Below are positions 25,301 to 34,300 of a stretch of 64,000 bases of DNA, in pieces. The DNA lies in the NCBI GenBank assembly GCA_002269645.1, contig NIVC01001136.1, forward strand, positions 30,721 to 94,720, given 5' to 3'. Each line of letters opens with the position of its first letter. Position 1 is the first letter of the stretch. The translations under genes and the position numbers were made by a program. This stretch comes from Macrostomum lignano. Taxonomy: Eukaryota. Below the pieces are notes generated by a model. It was not told the origin of the DNA. It did no database searches and worked only from the letters and a program-made list of their open reading frames with translations.

Positions 25301-28300
25301 CCCTGGTTGTGGTGCGATGCACAGCTCTGAGAGCCACCCCCAGGTCACAGTGAAGTGTACAGCCTGACGATTAGAAAGACTGGGCCGCTGTACATCAATT
25401 TCAGCTAATCATAGACCACTAGCAGTATACCAGGACGCTACACTCACAGATCGTGTACTTTTTAAAGGCCAATTTACGTCAAGAATACACTGCGGAAATA
25501 GGAAAAAAATAATCTGTGCTCTCGTATCATCTTCATCTTTTTGGCCCCAAAAAAGTTATACCATCTTTGATTATACTGCTAGTAGTGGTCCTTGAGCTAA
25601 ATTTGTAAACTTTACGTAAAGCTTATGCATAGGAGAAAAAAAGACTAGATTTAAGTACAAAATATAACAAAACTTACTTAAAATCCCTGTGCACAGGTCA
25701 GTCGTTCTGGCCTCTCTCGGTGCCATATTCTTCGTGGTGTCCTCGTGCCTGGCGGGTCTGATCATTTTCGCATATTACGCTAACGTCGCCTGCGACCCCA
25801 GCGCGGCTGGCTGGATCGAGGATTCGAACCAGGTCCAACAATGCTAGCTTTTTTACTATGAAAATAACTGCATGGCTTTAGTGTTCACAGGGGGCAAGTC
25901 GAGCAATTTACAGACACAGATCAACTATAGTGAACCAACAACAACATCGAACAGAACACACGTACTGTACAGGATTACTTGCTCCATTTGTCGTTGGGAA
26001 AATTTGGTGCTGTAAAGACTGAAAACGAAAAATCAGCACCTGAAGTGCATGCTGCAAAGTTCAGCAAAGTTTACAGTTGTTTGAAACCTTCAACTGCTTT
26101 GGGCGGCAACAGAAATATGGGATAGAAAAGTATACAACACATTAATAATGCTTGATAGGGGTAGCTTGCGGCCTTACTAAGCAGTAATCGAATGCAGTGA
26201 TAACTGAATGCGCTCAACCATTGCATCATATAGAATAGAAATGAAGATGTAGCAGTATGAAACTGGAGAAATTGTTGATTTTTGGACCAACCCTAGTGGC
26301 CACTTTCTTACTTTCATTACCACTAGACGGACCATTGTCACAAGATCCAGTTTAGACATCTACTGGTTGAATCTAAACAGCAGTTCACATGTGGGCTTTG
26401 GCCCCGAATCTTGAAATGAGTCGAGTTGTCCCATTTTTTATGATTTTTAGGCATGGTACATGTGCGGGGGGGCGTAGCCTTTTTTATGATTTTTAGGCAT
26501 GGTACATGTGCGGGGGGGCCGTAGCCTTTTTTATGATTTTTAGGCAAGGTACATGTGCGGGGGGCCGTAGCCTTTTTTATGATTTTTAGGCATGGTACAT
26601 GTGCGGGGGGGCTGTAGCCTTTTTTATGATTTTTAGGCAAGGTACATGTGCGCGGGGCCGTAGCCTTTTTTATGATTTTTAGGCAAGGTACATGTGCGGG
26701 GGGCCGTAGCCGTTTTATGATTTTTAGGCATGGTACATGTGCGGGGGGGCCGTAGCCGTTTTATGATTTTTAGGCATGGAACATGTGCGAGGGGGGCCGT
26801 AGCCTTTTTTATGATTTTTAGGCATGGAACATGTGCGGGGGGCCGTAGCCTTTTTTATGATTTTTAGGCAAGGTACATGTGCGGGGGCGTAGCCTTTTTT
26901 ATGATTTTTAGGCAAGGTACATGTGCGGGGGGCCGTAGCCTTTTTTATGATTTTTAGGCATGGTACATGTGCGGGGGGCCGTAGCCTTTTTTATGTGAGT
27001 GTGTGAGTGTGTGTATGCGTATGACTGCGTACGGATCCGCGCGCTTGTGTGCCTGCTCAGGGGAGTCGGCGGAATGGGTAGTAATGCCTCTCGCTGGTTG
27101 TGTGACAATGTCGCTTAAAGTGCGCCAGGGTGCACACAGCCCTGTCTTTAATACAAAAGCAACAATAAACTTCATAATATATACGAGCATATATGTATTT
27201 AGCATATTAACATGATCGCGTGTGTTTTTTCAGTACAGATCGTTCCATTCTATGTGATGGAAAACCTCAGCATACCAGTGGTTCCTGGCCTATTCATCGC
27301 TTCGCTATTCGCCGGAGCCCTGAGGTAAGGAAGGGTTCTTGTGTGAGCAGCTCTTGAAACTAAATGCTTTTTCTCCCTTTCAGTTTCACCCATTATACAT
27401 TAGGCATTGAATGCTGCTGATGCCATTGTGTTGCAGTTCGGTATCGTCATCCTTGAGCGCGCTGGCTGCCACAACATGGGAAGATTTTTTCAAGCCCTAC
27501 TGGTGCCTGAACGCTACCGAGGCTAAAGCTACGTGGATCAACCGCCTGTTTAGTAAGAGACTGCTGTGCCTACTGCTAGAGTTATGGGCTGTGTAAGAGT
27601 TTAATGCATGATTTGGCAGTTGCACGAAGAAGTACGAAAGCCACAGTGGGCCAGACGATGTTATTTATTTAATATTTAGTCGGCTACTGCATTGCGTGGG
27701 GTGGTGGTCGTAAATGTACACTTTGCTTACTACGAGTACAGATAAGGGGGCGAGAGTTAGAGAGAGAAAGCCGGCTGACGTACGGAGCCGGAAAAATGGG
27801 GTGGGCGCTCTATAGCAAATCAATGGCTCACATCTCTCCTCAACGCAGAAAAGAAAATCACTTTTGAAAACTCGATGCTTGCATTCGAAGCGCGGGGAGA
27901 CTCGAACGACATACCGATTGAAGGGGAAATAAAATATTGGTTGCCGCTGACCATTGAATAAAAAAAAACAACGGACGCAGCCGGAATAAAAGCATTTCGA
28001 GAAACGAAAAAAAACGCAAAAGGTTACAAAAGACATTTAACAGTTTCAAACATTTTTAAACAGTTGCGACGGATTTCAAGACTATCAAATCCCCCCCCCC
28101 CTCAATCAAGTGTAGACTTTGAATCCCTCCTTCGCCGCTCTCGGATGCGGAGTGTGGGCGATCGGCACGTTCTGCTCGACGTCGGCGGGGCCGGCAGCGT
28201 CGGGTGCCGCCGCCTGCGGCTCCACCAGGTCGGGCTCCGGTGGCAGCGCCTTCAGGGCCGTGCAGTGTCGCCGACAAGTGGCCTGACCGCGCCGTAGCTG

Positions 28301-31300
28301 CAGCGAGTTGCCTTGCACTTTGGTCACAGTCCAGGGCTCGCTCTCAAATGGGGTTTGGCCCTTCAGCGGGTTGACGCGTTTCCGCAGCACCTGGTCGCCG
28401 ACCGCGTAGTTGTGCTCTCTTGGTCTTCGAGCAGCGTCGGCGTGCCGCTTCATCGTCAGCTTCTGCTTGCGGTCGTGCTCCCGCAGCTCCTTGTCGTTGA
28501 TGCGCACCCGCGCTGGTGGCCGCCGGCCGGGGACGCCGTTGCCCAAAGCGCGGCCCATCAGCAGCTCCGCGGGTGCGCGTCCGGTTGTGGCGTGCGGCGC
28601 CGTCCGGTACGCCAGAATCCACTCGTCCAGAGCCTCGCGCCAGTCCCTGCTCTCCGCGATTGCAGCGCGGACGACCTTGTTGATCGATCTGTTCAGGCGC
28701 TCGGTCATGCCGTTGGCCGCAGGGTAGAGCGGAGTGATGGCCCGGTGTCGAATTCCGAAGCTCCTGAGGAAGTCCTTGAACTGCGCCGACGAGAATGGAG
28801 GCCCATTGTCCGTAACGAGCTCCTCTGGGATGCCGAACCTGCAGAATGATTCCCGCAGCTTCGGGATGACTGCCTCCGCTGTAGTAGACTGCATGACCTG
28901 CACCTCGGGATACCGGGAGTAGTGATCCACGCAGACGAGCAGCATCTTGTTCTGCACCGGACCGAGGAAGTCGGCGCCAATCGACAGCCAGGCGCCCTTG
29001 GGGATGCTGGACGACTGCAGTGGCGTCGCACTGACTGTCGGCTTATGTGATGTCATGATGCAGCTGCGGCAACTGCTGACGGCCTTGTCCGCATCTGCGC
29101 TCATCTTTGGCCACCAGACTTTGCTGCTCAGCCTGGCCAGTGTCTTCCGCAGTCCCAGGTGTCCGGCATGTGCGAGGCGCAACATTGTCTCCCGGAGGCT
29201 GCTTGGCACCACAATCCTGTCCCGCCGAAGCAGCACTCCGTCCTCCTCAGCAAGCTCGTCTCGTAGTGCATACAGTGACCTCAGCTCCGGGTGGCCGAGG
29301 TCCCACCTGGCTCCCTGGATGGCGGCGATTGCGGCTTTGATCAGCGGGTCAGCCTGCGAGTGCCGCCTGATGTCCTCTACCGTGAGCGCTCTCGGCACCG
29401 CGGCCTGCAGTACCGCGCCGATGCTGGCGGAGTTCTGCTGTGCATCTTTGTTGTGCCCGGATGTCGCTAGCGGTTGTCGGCTGAGGATGTCTGCCGCATT
29501 CTGGGGCCCTGGGCGATACACCACCTTGAAGTTCATGTGCTGAATCTGCAGAGCCATTCGCTCGACTCTAGGAGGCGGCCTCGACCCTGGCGCCAGCATG
29601 TTGACCAACGGCCTGTGGTCCGTGATCACATCGAATCGAGGTGCGTCGTGCAGGTAGTATTGGAATCGGAGACATCCGAATTTCACTGCCAGCGCCTCCT
29701 TTTCAGTCTGTGAGTATCTGGACTCTACATCGGAGAGCGACCGGCTGGCATAGGCCACTGGTCTTGAAGTGCCATCTTCTCGCCGCTGCGCCAAGATGGC
29801 TACGAGTCCCCTCGGACCGGCGTCGACTATGAGCTCGGTTCGCAGTCTCTGGTCGAAAAAGCTAAGGGCGCCGGCTTCCGTGATCTGCTGTTTCAGCTGC
29901 TTGAAAGCGGCGTCTTCAGCTTCGCTCCATCTCCAGACCGCGCCTTTCTTCGTCAGGCGCCGCAGTGGCTCAGCGATTTTTGACAGCTGCGATGTGAACA
30001 CAGCCAGGTAGTTGACAAGGCCTAGAAATGACCTCACCTGGCTGGTGGTCTCTGGAGCCTTGAATGCCTTGACTGTCTCGATCTTGTCTTCGGTGGGCTG
30101 CACTCCACTGGCTGAGAGCTGCATGCCCATGAATGTGATCTTGTCTCTGGCCAGCTTGCACTTTCCGGGATTGAGCGTGACGCCGTGCTGCTGGAGGCGG
30201 GCGAGGCATGCTGCCAGATTCCTGTTGTGCTCCTCCAAGGAGTTCCCGAAAACAACGATGTCGTCATGAATCCACTTGACCTTGTCGAGTCCAGCCAGGA
30301 TGCCTGACATGACGACTTGGAGGATTTCCTGAGCCGTGGAGAGGCCCATGCACAACCGCTTGAGCCGTCGCAGCCCCCGTGGTGTCGAGAAGGTCAGCAG
30401 GTTCCTGCAGCTTTCCGCCACAAGGATCTGGTAGAAAGCCTTGGCAACATCCAGCTCCGAGAAGACTTTGGCGCCTGCCATGCACCCAGTCACCTCCTCG
30501 AAAGTTGGGATTTGATGTCGCTCCCTGATGACAAACCTGTTGACATCTCGGAGGTCCTGGGTGATTCGAACTTCGCCGGTCTGCGCCTTTGGCACCACGA
30601 CCATCCGAGCCACCCAGGGTGCCGGCCCGTTGACAGGCTCGATGATGTCTAGGTCCTCGAGCAGCTTGAGCTCCTTGTCGACCGCTGCGGCCAGGTGGAC
30701 AGGAACCCTTGAGGGCGCGTGGCAGACCGGCCTGGCGTCCTCCGTCAGGTGGATCGTTGCCGTGTAGTTCTTGACGCATCCGATGCCGCTGAACACCTGA
30801 GCGTGCTTGGTGAGGATGTGTCTCAGCTGCAGTTGCTTAGGGAGGTCTTCGTCCGCTAGTCGATTTCCTTTGAGCAGTTGGTCGATGAGGCCCTCTGATC
30901 GGTGGACGGCGAGAACCTCGGGTGTCGGCTGACTGCTGGGCGGGCCGATACGGAGGATCTCCATTTCGATTGCAGATTTTCTGCCGAGGACCGTCGCGCC
31001 CCTGCCGTCGAATATAAAAAAGGGCGCGTCTCTGGAGACACCAAAAACATTTACAGGCAGAGTCACCTTGCCGACCAGCTTCAGTGGGTGCGAGCTTCCG
31101 TAGGCAAACAGCTGGCTGCTGGCTGGCTGCAGTGGGGGTCGGTGTGGCAGGCCATTGAAACTGCTGACGTCCATGATGTTGCAACCGGCCCCGCTGTCGA
31201 TAATGATGTTCATGGAGGTGCCGCCGATTTGAGCGGTCACTCTCGCTGACGCCGGGTCACTGGCCACGTGGAAGATTCCCTCCTGGACTGGAGCTGAGTC

Positions 31301-34300
31301 TTTGTCCAGCAGGTAGGTCACATTCTCCTGCTCGCTCGGGATGGCGTTGAGCTGGCCGGCCTTACTGGACCTGCACGCACGGGCGAAATGTCCGATTTTG
31401 CCGCATTTCCTGCAGGACTTGCCCCGGGCGGTGTCGCATTCAGCATGCCCTTGTCTGCCGCACCGGTTGCAGGTGACCTGCGACTTTCCGTCTGCCGCTC
31501 TCGAGCCGCGGCCGCTGCTGCTCACTGCTGCCACGTCCTCCGGCACCGGTCGGCTGCCGAGCTCCATTGCTTGCGCCTGTCGCTCCGCTGTTTCTCTGGC
31601 GCGGATCTTGGTCAGCGTGTCAGCCAGGCTGATGTCGCCTGACTGGAGCAGATCGCGCCGCATTTTCTCAGACCGGCAGTACGCCACAATCTTGTCCCGG
31701 ATTAGCGAGTTGCTTAAGTCGCCGAACTTGCATGGCTCCGCCAGTTTCTTCAGTCGGACATACCAGGCATCGATTCCTTCGCCCTCTAGCTGTCGGCAGG
31801 TCTCAAACATGTATCGTAGGAAGACGATGTTGTTTTTCTTGTCCAGGTGGCTTTGAATGTTTTCTGCTAGTTTCTTGGCTGATTCGCCTCGTGCAATGCT
31901 GTTGTCTTCGACGAGCGAGTGGATGAATTCGCCGGCTGAGTAGAGTAGGATTTCTTGAGCTTGATTTTCATCTTTGATGCCGGCCGCGACAAGGTAGCTC
32001 TCAAAGCGCCGAGTCCAATTTTTCCACTTTTGTGCGATGGTATGCGGCTCACCTTCTGCATCGAAGGTGCCAGGTGGCGATAGTGCTATGGCTTGCGACG
32101 CCATGTAAGAGTTTAATGCATGATTTGGCAGTTGCACGAAGAAGTACGAAAGCCACAGTGGGCGAGACGATGTTATTTATTTAATATTTAGTCGGCTACT
32201 GCATTGCGTGGGGTGGTGGTCGTAAATGTACACTTTGCTTACTACGAGTACAGATAAGGGGGCGAGAGTTAGAGAGAGAAAGCCGGCTGACGTACGGAGC
32301 CGGAAAAATGGGGTGGGCGCTCTATAGCAAATCAATGGCTCACAGGCTGTAATCCCTTTCCCTGACTGAATAGGGATTTGTCCTCCAATTCATTCAGCTA
32401 GTCGTAGCAAAAAAGCCAAAAACGGCTGTCTAATTTTTTAAAACAATTTTTTTTCAACTTCGGTTTCAATCAAGAACCAAAACGAGGGATGCAGAAAACA
32501 AAAACTTTGAATATTTCCCGGTAACGTCGTTCAGTCATTGCTTCGAAAACATCAATTAGGCAGGCAAAATTAACAAATGCACGCAAAATTTCCTGGGCGG
32601 GATTTTGGTCTTTTTTATGCGAAATTCTTAAAAACTTCGGCTCCTTCCCCGGTGTGAAAAAAATTAAATAGCTTCAGTTTCTTTGCTGAAACTACATCTG
32701 CAGAGGGACGCCAGCTACAGAGGGGGCGCCAGCTACAGAGGGGGCGCTAGCTACAGAGGGGGCGCCAGCTACAGAGGGGGCGCCAGCTACAGAGGGGAGG
32801 CGCTAGCTGCAGAGGGGGGCTCTAGCTGCAGAGGGGGCGCTAGCTGCAGAGGGGAGGCGCTAGCTACAGAAAGGCGCCAGCTGCAGAGGGGGCGCCAGCT
32901 ACAGAGGGGGCGCCAGCTACAGAGGGGAGGCGCTAGCTACAGAAAGGCGCCAGCTGACACAGCCGAAAACTACAGAGGTCTCTGTGACTGCTGTTGGAAG
33001 CTGGCTGCAACGTACTGCTTCCCGACCAATATTTCCGCTATTATATCTGTTTCAGTCGTGTGCTATGGAGTCTCAGCGGTATTAATGGGCCTAATTTCGA
33101 CTCGATTCGGTGGAACGGTGCTTCAGGCATCGCTTTCTTTCTCTGGTTCTTTTGGTGCCCCATTGCTTGGACTGTTTTCAATGGGAGTTCTATTCCCGTT
33201 CGTTAATAAATATGTAAGTGCACTGGTTAAGATACTAGATTAAAGTACAATGGTTAAGATACTAGACTAAAGTACAATAGTTTTAGATATCAGACTAAAG
33301 TACAATGGTTAAGATACTAGACTAAAGTACAATAGTTTTAGATACCAGACTAACAATGGTTAAGATACCGACTAAAGTACAATAGTTTTAGATACCAGAC
33401 TAAAGTACAATGGTTATTTTTTTTATTAGAGGCAGGGGGTTGTGTGCACCCTGGCGCACTTTAAGCGACATAGGCACACAACCGGCGAGAGGCATTACTG
33501 CCCATTCCGCCGACTCCCCTGAGCAGGCATACAAGCGTGCGGATACGTACGCAGGCACACACTCACACAGGAGTGTACAGCGGCCCTAACTTTATTTTAT
33601 CGTTAGGCATGTACACTTCACTGCGCCTTGGGGGGTTGGCTCTCAAGGCCGTTAATTGCACGAGCAGAGCCAAGCCGAGATTCCAATTCAGCCCCAAATT
33701 AATGTGACTGCACTTGGAATCGAGCCTGGGTCGCTGGCACACCAGAGCAGCTGCTCTACCGCTGGGCTACGGCCCCCTCTAAGTACAATGGTTAAGATAC
33801 CAGATTAAAGTACAATGGTTAAGATACTAGACTAAAGTACAATAGTTTTAGATACCAGACTAAAGTACAATGGTTAAGATACCAGACGCAATTAATATGG
33901 TCATATGACAAACGAAATGCAATGTTGAGTTGATAAATTTCAGTATTCAATAGCAAAGTTTAAACAGCGCAATTTTTCACAACAAATTCATAGGGTGCTC
34001 TCGCTGGCTCCGTTTGCGGCCTGATTATATCCGGCTGGCTCAGCATTGGTTCCTATCTGAATGGAAAACAACTTGTTGGATTGCCAACAAATATTAGCAA
34101 TTGCGACGTTGGCACTCCCGGCACCACCTTGCTGCCGACCACAGTTGGGACTACGCAAGCTCCTGTTGTGTAAGCATCGCAGTGACTTATCTAATGGCCC
34201 TTGACGCTCGATCGCTTCAAAAGTAATGAATAGGGGGAAGTGCAAGCGTACTTAATTTTAGTACATGAAATTCCATTCCATTGTGGAACGCAATGTCCAC

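Larger units (their letters stand above)
27592..32344 (-). mobile_element. Full-length Ty3/Gypsy (Mag-like) LTR retrotransposon in SLC5-1 intron 11
   Basis: Two 241-bp TG...CA LTRs. 5-bp target-site duplication GGCTG (27587-27591 and 32345-32349). Single gag-pol ORF. Empty site GGGCTGTAATCCC at ~47360 in copy 2. Confidence 0.97.

Noticed and set aside
28313-31856. Plus-strand and alternate-frame ORFs over the Gypsy pol
   Set aside because: GC-rich shadow frames with no env-like or other domain signature.
33700-33777. Possible tRNA gene
   Set aside because: It has A/B boxes but continues into a ~290-bp body with an A-tail, so it is a SINE head; no convincing acceptor stem.
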